Below, piece by piece: positions 50,812-62,350 of a DNA stretch of 64,000 nt; position 1 is the stretch's first letter; each line of letters starts with the position of its first letter. The position numbers and the translations under genes were made by a program. Source of the DNA: Eutreptiella sp. 'Long Island Sound 2002' (lineage: Eukaryota > Protista > Euglenida); the NCBI GenBank assembly GCA_964036045.1, contig OZ038378.1, positions 25,296,001 to 25,360,000 on the forward strand, written 5' to 3'. The notes under the pieces were generated by a model. That model did not search any database, was not told the DNA's origin, and worked only from the letters and a program-made list of their open reading frames with translations.

Positions 50812-52149
50812 CTTCCGAAAAACGTAAAATACAACACACTAGAAGACGGGGATACACAAGGCTAACACATCAACACGTATTTCAACGGGTGTCACACAGC
50901 TCTGCCAACAACTTTGGTCACATACGTCAAATAACATACTCAAAGTAGAAATGTAGAATATTGTCAAATCGCGCGTATACGGGGTCCTAGAGGGTGGGCA
51001 ACTTGTGACGCCTAAGACGATGGCCTCCTTGTGGAGAAAATTAGGAGGCAAATGCACAAGTCTTTGTAAAGTAGCCGGCTCCATGAATTACGTGATTGCG
51101 TGCTGCCTTTTGGCTTGCACCAAGCCCTTGGCTTGGTCCAACATTTGATAGCGCACATATTGTCAACCCTGGTTTTTAGTTGCTGCAACAAATTGCGAAC
51201 GGGGTAGCACAAGTGCCGGCAGATGCAAGCTATATTAGTAGCCCTCAGATAATTGTCACACCAATCCAATCTTTGTCATAGATTGCGAAATGTTTGAATC
51301 TATTAGGTCCTAGAATTGCGCCATCACCCAATGTGGTGGCAAATTTCGTCCTGCATTTTATCTCCGCCATTGTCATTATAAAAGCTCTCAACGTGTGTTT
51401 CGCAGGATCACTTGGATAGGGTGCCTTGGCAATATGTTCAGTCCTTTTTTTGGCGGGTGCACGGCCATGGCTTATTCATGGCCCATTTTGGGCACCATGT
51501 ACACCTCCGGCGGTTTCATCCGGCTTCTTGGAGCGCCATAGCTAGGGCCTCTAGGGGATGGAAGCATTTGGAACCCAAAACGCCGCTTGTACGTATATTT
51601 TGTGATGCTGCGCCTGACCCACACTAACAAGGTGCCTACCTTTTGGGTTTGTGGGGGCCTTTGGGGCCCAAACTTTGCAGGGTCCCGGTCTTGGTGATTC
51701 GCAACAGCCTGTTGAACTTTATGGGGCATTTTGTGCACTGGATGAGATGCATAAATATAGAGGAAAATATTTACGATTGGTTCTGAACAACAGGGGCGCA
51801 TTGGCCCTACTTTGCAATGATAGGACCGCCTCGCGCCTTGCGGCGCAACACGGAAGATTACGATGTGGTGCCCATCGCTAAAGACCTACATTAAAATCAA
51901 TATGGTTAAAAATCAAATTTTTCAATTCTGAATAAATTCAAGGGGTTAAAAATGAGGTTGCCAAAAATTAACATGTTAACGCGATCTTGGGTCATTTGCA
52001 CTGCGTTGTTTTTGTGCATATTGTGCCCCATCAGGTGGCTTGGTTGATCAAGTGGTGCAAAACAGGATGCTAAAGGGGTTCCATAGTCTCTAGGGTAGGT
52101 AAGTAGGCCCACACACCCCTCCCTAGTGCCCCCACGCACCCCACTCCCA

Positions 52150-53561
52150 ACAACCCTTTCCCCTTGTGCAACTCTTGTTATGCCTCTCTCTTGTGACACA
52201 CTGCTCAAGCATAATACGGCGCTCACTCGTTTGAGGGGGGCCAAGAGTTTGCGTGACCCTTTGGTATCAATACTGCTTGGTAAATGGGTGGCCTCATTCC
52301 CTTGGGCAAGGCCTAATGGTACAAGGCGACCGAGGTTGCCCAACTCCGCCTCATCTGCAACAAGCAAGTAGAGGCCCTTAAGCAATATGCCTCCATCCTC
52401 TTCCCGGCACCCGCTTTGACTAGGCTACTTATGGACTTGAATGCCCCCAAAGGCGGCTTCTGGCATGTGTCGTAGTTCATGACTCGCCGGGGGCACACAT
52501 ACCCCGCCGTCACGGGCCTCCCATTCCCCCGGCCCGTCCCCTCGCCGGACCACTTCACGGACACATGGAAGGAGCAAGCCAAGCCGCTTGAGCTAGAGCC
52601 ACCCGTATCCGTTGCGGATCCCCCTACCACTGCCCGCTTTTGGCTGCTGCAATCTTGGGCCCGCTGCATCCAATCGCGTGCATCGCTGGTGGACACCATC
52701 GATTGGAAGTGGTCCCTCACTTTTATGCTCTGCGGGGATGCATACCCGTGTGCTAGAGGTAGTTGGGCCCAACTATCCATTGGGCTCTTCAACCACGGCT
52801 CACGGGGCCGCTCACCCGCCTATTTGTGGGTGATTGGAATGGTTGTATGCGGGGACAAAAACATGGCCACCTTAGCTACTATATGGGCCAAGAACTTGCA
52901 ACAACCATGTTGCTCTGTATTAATTTTTGCGTTGATATCCGGATGTTAATATTCAATATTTGGAAGATAGTAACACCGACAAAAAAATTGACTTAACATT
53001 AATGTGAAAAATTTAATGCAAAAAATAACCCACTCTTTTTTGCAGGTATTGCAAGCTATTAATCACAAGATCCATTGGGCAATGAGCTCGGTGCCCAATG
53101 AGTTGTTCATCGAGGGAGACCAACCCTTCATGTGATGCCTTATTGGCATGTCAACAACGCCCATGGTGGGCTCAATTTACAATATGGGTGTGTCCGACAA
53201 GGGTGTGGTGGCCTGGGTGTATGTTGCAAGCCGGAGCACATTACAGGGCGAGGCGGAGGGCAATCACCGCTATCAAGAGACGGGCTGCAACTTGGAGAAT
53301 GGGGGTTGCATACGAGACCCCCACATTGTGATGGAGCCATGCTTGGTCTTCCTATGCATCCTCCATTGTTGCATGGCCATTGGACCAATCCAAGTGGCGT
53401 TCATTGAGTCCTGCATGGGGAAAATTCCAACGGAGAACGCGGTGGCCGTGCAACGGGTGCGAAACTGGTCGCGCACCGGTGTTCAGCTGGGTGCCTCGGC
53501 TGCACCCGACGGTGAGGAGTCACAGGCATTGTTCCTTGAATGGGAGGCAATTGCGCCACTA
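52150..53561 (+). pseudogene. Family-B RAG1/Transib-like transposase, 5-prime part (continues at 56991)
   Basis: LTFMLCGDAYP (D1), ELFIEGDQPFM (D2) and FLCILHCCMAIG. The AT-rich probable intron ~52900-53045 ends TTTGCAG. Cut at GCGCCACTA by the 53562 element. Confidence 0.8.
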
Positions 53562-56500
53562 TGTGGTGTCCCCGGGAAGGGGGTAGCGGGAACCCCCCCC
53601 CTTCCTGAATATCCAACTCGGCCCCAACACCGGAGAATGTGTTCGTCGAGGGCAAAAACAAGGTTCGGTGGATCCTGTTGGTCCATTTTCGTCTGGAAAA
53701 GGTGCACTTCGCTTAGACCGGTGCCCTGTGAAAACTTTGTTATTTGGGTTCCCGGGGGTAGGGTCCCACTTCCCAGAGGTAGTTGCAGATCGGGAACATG
53801 TTGTAGATTGCACTTCCTAGAGGAGTTGCTGATCTGCAAGTACTTCCTGATTGCACTTCCCGGGACACTTCGTGATTTGGGTGACATGTAACACAAAATG
53901 ACACTAAACACACTACATCACAAAGACAATTGGACATACTACTTCCTTTGTCGCTTGTTCCCCTATGACTGACCCCCACCCACTGCAGGTACCCCTTTTA
54001 GGCCCTCATCTAAGGCATACATCTCAAGGCTGTGAGCCATCCCCCTTGTACTCATGCGCGGGTTGCGCGCGGACCAACCCCTGAAGCAGTTTTGTAAAAA
54101 AGTTTTGAACGGAGAGTTGCGTCTCTCCGTGTGCACTGAACTAAACATATACATGGTCCTATATTTCCTTAGAAACTAAGTGCTCTGTGCAACTGTCCAA
54201 TGAACCCACAAAGTGGGCTTCCATCCCATGAGGTTCCAACAATGGCCCAGCTACTTAGCTGCTTGCTCTGCCTGTGACACCTCCTCATCACCAAGCCACG
54301 TCTATCGTCGCCATATCGTGTGCAATTGCACAACACTGTTCAACGTGCTAAACCAAACGGTGTACACCCTTAAATTTTTGTTTTCCACGCTACGGTTTGG
54401 GTAGAACTGTTTCAACAACTCAACCACCTTCCTTTGGTACTCCCTGTTCTCAATGAACAATCGGGCTGACGTAAGGTCAAAAGTGTCTTTCTTTTGGGGT
54501 CAGAGGGCTACCCTTTCGGTTAGGGGCACATTCGCGTCCTCTTGCATGAGCTGAGACGAGACCTCTTGCATGCGCCCAATGATCCCTCGGCCGTCTCCTG
54601 CTGCTACCCATGCAGAAAAGGTCGCTCCCTAGTCTCTTGACAATGGCGTTGCACAACCGTGCAGCACAATGCGCATAGTCACCCACCCTTTTTGTCCTTC
54701 GCATTCCCCTCAGCGGGGAAGAGCAGGGCGTGTCGTTGGGCTCCAACGAGTCCATATCTTCACATGTCCAACACTTTGAGTCAATGGCTAGAGTTGCTCA
54801 CGTGCATGCCTTTTCCATCCCCGGTTAGGAAGCACTCAAACCCCATTGTTTGCTCGCCTGTCAATACCACATTGCAGTTTGTTTCTAGGTATTCTATTTG
54901 GCCATTCAAGCCCGCAGCGTGATGCATCCCGCACAACCATGCACGATCATCTGCACCAGTCATCACCCACCACGTTGCCCACTTTTTTGGGTCCCCGGCC
55001 GCTGCAGGCCCACCCGGCCACACTGCCACATACACATCGGCGCGGGTGGCAGAGGTTCGCCACAGTGGGCACGCGTCAACACATACGATGACAAGTATAT
55101 ACCGCCATCCTCGTGGAACAACTAGCACGCCTGCATCCTCCGCAAGTTTCACCTGGTGCAACACAAGGTCCGCAAGTGGTGCACAAGCTGCAGCCCGTCG
55201 ATTGCCCGCCGGACCTACCACAACCACCGGGGTGGCCACATATGGTGTGAGGCCACGCCGGGTCTCTAGCAATTGCTCACGAGTGCAATGCCGGCGCAAC
55301 TCGAGCATCTGCCGCACTGAGAGTTTCATGAAGCGGGCCGTTCGGAGTACATCCACGGCCGCTGGATCATGTCCAGACATCCTATCGCAGTTCACTTGTT
55401 CACTATCAAAGCACCCACCACGGAGGACCACCTCCCCGGTAGTAGTTTTGGCAATTGTCACCTCGTCGTCGTTGACAAGGGCACGATCCACGCGCTGTAC
55501 CATGGCAATCCGTTCTGCATGCGCCTCTGGCTTGAGCAGGGCGTAAGGCTTCCGGCAGTGGCGCAGCACATCCGCCTCAAACCGTGCCACAACATCCTCG
55601 AGGCTAGTGGACATGGCTGTGGACACCAGTAGCCAGGAAGTGCACCGGGAAGTACGATCCGGGGGAGGTTGCAGATCAGGAAGTGTCTGTGGGATCTCTA
55701 TTCAGGATGTGCTTTCTGATCAAGAAGGTGTTGCTAACTAGGGTTGATGACCGGACTTCCTGATCAGGAAGAGGTTTCTGATTTGGGTTCCCGCATGGGA
55801 GCCTGATTTGGAATGAGGCCCCCATTTTTTCCTCAAAAGTAAATAGCCTCTTGGTTTTCACCCTTGTGTGCTCCCTATATTCCACGATTGATATCAAAAC
55901 GGCAATACTCTCAATGAAATGTCTCAACAGGCATGTCCCACGGTGCAAAACCTTTGCAATGTCATCTCGGTCATCAGAAATTCAGTGAAGTATGCATTGC
56001 TAGCCTTTTTTGACAGGGCAAAACTGATTTCGCCCTGAACACGAACATAGGTGAGTATTGAAGGAACCCATCCCCCTTGCCATTGCACACCATGCAGATC
56101 ATGCAAACCCATCAGAAATTCAGTGAATCATGCATCGTTCACCCTTTTTGACAAGGCAAAACTGATTTCACGCTGAATATGAATATAGGTGAGTATTGTG
56201 CACACTTTGTCAATGTCCGTATTGTTGAAGCGCACCACCACCGCACGCAAGTCCGCATTGTGATGGAACACACCGACTACGAAGTCCGATATGAGTCGGG
56301 GTGGGACATCTGTGACCACTGACCGCCTTGCGAAGATCCTCCCCACAGCAGTGCCCGGTTGAAAAGTCACCACTGTGGGGAGGGTGACTATCTCCGCGGT
56401 GTCTTCCTTATCCCCCTGCGCGGGCAATATGGTCCGCGTGCCGGCTCGCTCCGGCGGCTCCGGCGGCCGAGAGCCACCGTGAAACGACAGGGGGGACAGT

Positions 56501-56990
56501 GGACATGTTGCAGAAGAAAAGAGAACGAAGGCTTGAGGGGAAAGGAAGATTGTTGTGTGTGAATGAATACCGAACAATGATTGCAAATGCAACTGCATAA
56601 CTTGGTGTTCGTTTGATTTGTGACGCAAACCACAACCGACCTGCGCACAACAAAACACAATGCACAATCAGGAAGTGTCACAGGAAGTGGATTCAGCAAG
56701 TACTTTTTGATCAGGAAGTGTGGTTAGGATCTATATTCAGGATCCCCTTTCGGATCACGAAGTGAATCAGGAAGTAGTCAAGAAGTACTCAAGAAGTGGT
56801 CAACAACCTAAATGGAAAAATGCCCATGTGGAGACTTTGGAGAAACCCAGACGCGGCCGTCCGATGATTCTACTACCCGAACAACCCCGGGTACCCGGTG
56901 CACCAATTAGAGGGCTCAGGGAGAGGGGGGGGGGGGCACCCTAATTTTTTTGAGGGGGGTTCCTGCTACCCCCTGCGCAGGGACACCACA
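53562..56990 (-). mobile_element. 3,429-bp family-A DNA transposon with TGT...ACA ends and TA duplication
   Basis: ~38-bp imperfect TIR TGTGGTGTCCC(C/T)G(G/C)G(A/C)AGGGGGTAGC(G/A)GGAACCCCCC, with TA at 53560-53561 and 56991-56992. An uninterrupted-type junction GCGCCACTATTGGCCTATG is preserved at ~58528-58546. Confidence 0.9.
53963..55626 (-). pseudogene. Near full-length family-A transposase with frameshifts and stops
   Basis: VIVCVDACP, FLTGDGKGM, CWTC, VGDYAHCAARLCNAIVKR, WKPTLWVHW and MFSSVHTERRNSPFK occur in order. Confidence 0.87.
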
Positions 56991-57400
56991 TATTCGCCTA
57001 TGCCTTGGAGGACGGTGAGTGGCAAGCCGCGGTTGCCATGTGGGGCCTCCTCCGGGACTTGTACTCCGAGACCTTGTAGCGCTCCGATCTACGGGTTGCA
57101 GAAGCTGCGCAAGCCTACCACCTGCATTGCTGCAAGGCCGCTTACCGATCCAACTACCTCCTCCACTTGGAGGAGCTTCTACCAACGAGCCCCACTCGGT
57201 TTGGACCCATGCACCCGCTAGTTTCTTGTGAAAGAATTGAAGCCGTCCTGGCACCAGTACGTCCGACTGGCGAATACTAGCGGCCGCTTCAACTCGCAAG
57301 AGTTGGGCAATGTTGTGGGCTACCAAGGCGACGGCAATGAGCACCATAGGTTGCTGGTCTCGTTCGAGGTTTTCAAACGCTCCCCTCAGCCCCTCAAAGC
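56991..57400 (+). pseudogene. Family-B transposase 3-prime continuation
   Basis: AQAYHLHCCKAAYRSNYLLHLEE matches the 26.1-kb copy. Near-identical to 58540-58900. Confidence 0.8.
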
Positions 57401-57639
57401 GGGGTTCGTAGCCACTGCAGCGTTCCGAAGGTTCTTGGAGTTCAGTAAGTACAGTCAGAAGTGCATAATTGCTGGCTCTGTGGTGGTCTGCTCTGCCTAT
57501 GATCTGATCCGTCCTGCTGCTTCCCCCTACTTGTCCCCCTGTACCCTTGCTAAACCTAAGGTCAAACATCAGGTAGGGCCCTAGAAAGCAGGGCCCTAAA
57601 AGCTTATTTCCTCATCATGCTCTCATCTGCTTGGTTAAC

Positions 57640-58080
57640 ATGTATATTCACCCTGGGCGACAAAACACCCTGGGCTGCGCCCGTGGCAAGGCACGTGGCT
57701 CTTTTCACTAGGGATGCCTGACTGAGGCAACAACGTGTGGAGAAAACGTGTCGCATCCCCTTAAATGGGGTCACATGCAAGGTATTGTGTCTGCTCAAAG
57801 TGCCTCAGCACTGCTGGAATCCCTGCAAACCATATGAGATATGATTCCCATATCTACATTTTGGTATATCTCACAAGATCTGCCCTTGGTGTCAGGACAC
57901 CCTGGGCTGCGCCCGTGACAAGACACGTGGCTCTTCATTAGTACTGCGTGATTGAAGGGGGCGTTAGCAACAACGTGTAAAGAAAGCGCGTCGCGTCCCC
58001 CTGGATGGGGTCAGCTACATGGAATAGTGTGCCTGCTGAAAATGCTTCAGACCCTCTGGCATCCCTGCAAACCAGACGTG
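57640..58080. repeat. ~230-bp diverged tandem duplication
   Basis: ACACCCTGGGCTGCGCCCGTG(G/A)CAAG(G/A)CACGTGGCTCTT at ~57665 and ~57897. Confidence 0.8.
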
Positions 58081-58454
58081 ATAATATTCCCTTGATTTGC
58101 CGGCTGACGTGCGCACTGGCCGGCGCCCCGCCGCAGCGGGGACCATCAGTGTGGCTTGCCAGTTGAACGTGTGCACCTGGTCCTCTCTTTTACAAGTCCA
58201 GCTGATGCGCATGTTTTCACACACACACGCTGCTTCAGCATCCAATAAATAGCGACCATCAACGAAAACAGCTCCTGATGCGTCATTGGCTCTGGTGCAC
58301 CGAATGTTGTGATGATTTCAAGCATCATGCGGGATGGTCCCTGGACGATCAGTCTGATCCACACTTGTTGGTTTCCACGCCACTGAACGGCGTCGCAGGT
58401 GGAGTCGAGGAACCCCAGGGCCTCATCTTCTACCTCCTGCAGTGATCTGAGTGC

Positions 58455-58900
58455 TTGCAGCTGGGTGCCTCGGCTGCACCCGATGGTGAGGAGTCACAGG
58501 CGTTGTTCCTTGAATGGGGAGCAATTGCGCCACTATTGGCCTATGCCCTGCAGGACGGTGAGTGGCAAGCCGCGGTTGCCATGCGGGGCCTCCTCCGGGA
58601 CTTGTACTCCGAGACCTTGTAGCGCTCCGATCTACGGGTTGCAGAAGCTGCGCAAGCCTACCACCTGCATTGCTGCAAGGCCGCTTGCCAATCCAACTAC
58701 CTCCTCCACTTGGAGGAGCTTTTACCAACGAGCCCCACTCGGTTTGGACCCATGCACCCGCTAGTTTCTTGTGGAAGAATTGAAGGCGTCCTAGCACCAG
58801 TACGTCCGACTGGCGAATACTAGCGGCCTCTTCAACTCACAAGAGTTGGGCAATGTTGTGGGCTACCAAGGCGACGGCAATGAACTCCATAGGTTGCTGG
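58455..58900 (+). pseudogene. Duplicated family-B fragment spanning the empty insertion site
   Basis: 5-prime part matches 53485-53560 and 3-prime part matches 56991-57360. Confidence 0.85.
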
Positions 58901-58919
58901 GCTACACAGGCCATACATA

Positions 58920-60257
58920 CGAGCAAGAATGGTGTTCCTTAGATGCATTTTGGCGGGTTGTGGTGGTACGCTCTACGCGCTCTTGCAACCATGGCCCAAT
59001 GTAGCTTCTGCACTGTTGGTGCCAGGTTTCCGACTTTGTCACAGAGGTGTACCGCACTAATGGTGCCACACAAGGTGGCTGACTTCTTGCATTCTGCAGC
59101 GAGGTATCTAAGGTATGATGCGAGCACTTTGTCCCTCAAAAACCTGGGATATCGTACAACATAGCTCGCCTATATTCGGAGGTGTCATACCCAAAATTCC
59201 GGCATACCCGTGGCACATGAGTGCAGCGCCGGGGCTAAGTCGCAATGTGCCGCGTGGGATTTCTAGACGTCATAAATTTTGGTGGCAAGACCCCGCAATC
59301 CCTGCGTGGACCTGGGGATATGGTTGCTCCAATACCCCCTTGCTCAATGGAAGGCTCAACACTCGCACTCGCACGGGGCGTAAATTGAACCTCGCTGTTG
59401 GAGCTCATGGAGACGGGCACGGTCCCTAGACTCGTCATGTCTTGACCCCAGCTTGGGGAGCAGCCCTGCCAGCTCAAAGGCAGTTGATTGCACTTCACAC
59501 ACGGATACGGTGGTGGGCCAGCTGTGTTATACGCACAACCAGTACTAAACGCCGTATATAGTGTCTAGCCTCCCATATGGGTAAACCCGCCTCGAAATCC
59601 TGCGGGCAAGGCAGCCGTAGGCGGCGGTCGTTGCGGTAACAATGTAGACACACTCACCGGAGTCGGCGTCGCTCGTTCGGGCATCTATTGTGACCTCAAC
59701 GGTTGTGTCAAACATGATCTCGCCCAATGGCCATACAAGCTGAATCTAAAACAGGCACCCAGTGATCCTCTATTCGGTTGTGCACTTGGCTTTGTTGCAG
59801 CGGCCGTTCGCGGTTTGGCTGCATACCACGGCTACAATACTTCGGCACATCTGTAGAGCACTTCCCGCACGGATTGGGTGTGTCCTGCCTTCCGGGCTTC
59901 AGCGGCGTCCGTTTTGCCATAAAGGATGAGCGCGGCCAACATGTCATGTTGCCACACCCACGGCAAAGGCGCGGTGCCCATCAGCTGCACGGCCGTCAAC
60001 GTGAAGGGCGGTGCACGTGCCCCCCTCAACTCAACGATCCTACGCTCCAACACATGTATTTCACACTCCATTGCCAGAGGATCAAAACACTCAGTCGCAG
60101 ATTCGTCCGCTCCCATTGTATTAGGACCGAGTAGAGACGTCCAAGTGGCTTCCAAGACATCAATGCAGCTCGTTGTGTGCCATTCATACAAGGCTAAATA
60201 AAGCAACGATGTGGGGGCGTCTCGTGCAACGGCTACCGGTTTCAATACAGCATCCAC
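58920..60257 (-). mobile_element. DIRS-like (tyrosine-recombinase) retroelement relic: gag with zinc knuckle plus YR N-terminal fragment
   Basis: ORF 59832-60257 continues in frame past one stop to CFRFSLYGHWARSC (59712-59753; CX2CX4HX4C with one C replaced by F). VLASYLRYLAAECKKSATLCGTISAVH...VARARR at ~58.95-59.14 kb resembles the YR core-binding domain. Confidence 0.55.
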
Positions 60258-60540
60258 GATTGAACTGCCATCAACTGTACATTGAAGGTGGCACTATTGT
60301 AACAGTGACTTGATAACTGGACCATTTTATTGTTATAATATACACATAGTTCACTGTCCCTCATCTCGTGGCAAAACCAAAGTTATTTGTACAACTTTAG
60401 TGTGCATTTGTGGTACTTGGGGTCCCAAACTTGACAGCTCCATGTGTGTCACAACAGAACAAAACAAAAATTGGAACACACTTAGTATCTGGATTTTGTG
60501 TTTCTCTCCATCACCTAATGTTTGGTTGGGTTTTGCACGC

Positions 60541-60616
<76 letters not shown>

Positions 60617-60619
60617 ACA
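60541..60619. repeat. (AAC)n microsatellite, ~26 units
   Basis: Direct inspection. Confidence 0.98.
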
Positions 60620-61299
60620 GTCAAACCCGTTTCAGCCTGAGATTGGGCTTGGTTACCACCCAGCCTGAGGCTTTATGTTTAATAATGCATCTTTTGCATG
60701 GTTGCACACTCCATAGCAGGCTCTCAGAGCCGTTCTACCTCTTGGCCATCATCCACAGAGGATATAGAAGATGAAGCCTTGGACACATTCTTGCCTAGTT
60801 ATTTCTTCGGAATCTTGCTAGTCTTATGCAACAACCGACGCAACCCTCTGTGCAGTGCAGACGGCAATCATGCAACAAGCATTCCAAGACCCGTGTGATA
60901 TGCGGGGGCCCAGTTTGCACTACATGTGCAGGTTGCACACATTTGGTCACAGTTCCCAGAATTACAGCCATAGGCAAGGGAATAATTGCATGCAAAGAGC
61001 TCATGAAACAATATCTCCTTGTGGTTTAGGGCTACATCATGGATCTAAATGATTCTAACTATTGAATCGAAGCAAACCAGGTGCATGGACGGCACAGGTG
61101 CATTGCTGAAGTTAACGTGTGCATTGAAAAAAGCTAGGTCCCTTGTAGTCACCACATTCCCAAAGCTTTACACTGTAGGTGGCATCCAGCCAAATGTTGC
61201 CTTCACCACCATCACCAGTCTGGGCCAATTGAAAATTGCTCAAGAAGACGGGGTTCTAAATCGCTAACAAATCGTTTCCCTTTTCTATCCTTCACAACA

Positions 61300-62350
61300 G
61301 AATGCATTTCCCTTCAAGGAGGCTGCGCTGCACACACTTCGTCAACAAACAATGCAGCCCAAAACGCCAAGGTGTGACCCCCCAAAGAAGCCACCAACAA
61401 AGCCGGAAATAGTCGGCCGGCCATGCCAAATGGAATATCCCAACACAATCTGTACAATCATTTTCCTTGTGCTGACTGCAAGGTGTGGCGCTGTGTTTTT
61501 GACAGCCAAACGGGTCAAAGAGGGGCAAATAGTCGTTTAATTCGTGGCCTACACCACCCTTGTACAACATAATAGGGCTGCTGGCAGGTTCTAGCAATGA
61601 AATGAACAAGAATTTCCCTCTATATTCTCCTCAGTGCACCAATGAGCTACCTCAAAATTGCACCTGTTGCAAGGCAACATGCGGCTTCGATAAAAAAGCG
61701 CACAGACCTGCGACAAATGTCACGGATGGTCATCACGGGTAGGAATGGCAAGCAGTGGGGAGTGAAGGGTCACAAAGGGGAGCAGGTATCGGTACCAATG
61801 AGTGCAGTCAGATTCAAGAGACCCCTATAGCGACAGGTCATTCTAGTTAGGAAGGAGGCAGTGTCACACAGGGCAAACTTTTGGGACTACAGGCTTTCGA
61901 TTAGTGCTATCCTACCTAATATATTCCGCATTGGACCGCGATACAGCACAAGTTGTGTGACCCTTTGAATTGCTCCCTGATACGGCAGAGTTAACCCAGG
62001 AAACCAGCTTGACAAGCAGAAACAGCTTGACAACCGGCAGGCAACATGACAGGAGACCATTGGCTTTGTGGCATCGAAACAAAAGTCTGAACATTCTTTG
62101 AAACCCTTTGTCTCCGTAAAGTGTGTGCCCCAGCAATTTGTTCCGTATTACAGACTGGGTATGCACAATGGTGTACAAACCACCGCAAATAAGCAATCCT
62201 GCAACGTGGATGTCTGCCACACACCCATACCCACATTTGGAAGAATGTACCCACATTCCTTAGGCCAAGTTGTTGCACTGCGTGCGCACTGCGTGCATAC
62301 TGCGTACGCAGAGGCCGGGATACTCACCCAAGAATACCTGTCACCTGACT
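61300..62350 (-). pseudogene. Decayed family-A transposase relic
   Basis: CARSATT / VADIHVA vs RTSATRADVYVA, TLYGDKGF vs FLTGDGKGM, and LLWGVTPW vs LQWGVTPW. Confidence 0.55.

Larger units (their letters stand above)
46478..51017 (-). mobile_element. 4,540-bp TIR DNA transposon (Academ-like) carrying a ParB-like gene and palindrome arrays
   Basis: Perfect 26-bp TIR TCTTAGGCGTCACAAGTTGCCCACCC at 46478-46503 and its reverse complement at 50992-51017. CGA is duplicated at 46475-46477 and 51018-51020. Two co-oriented minus-strand genes lie inside. Confidence 0.88.

Noticed and set aside
60310-60774. Poly-Asn/Thr/Leu ORFs
   Set aside because: Artefacts of the (AAC)n microsatellite.
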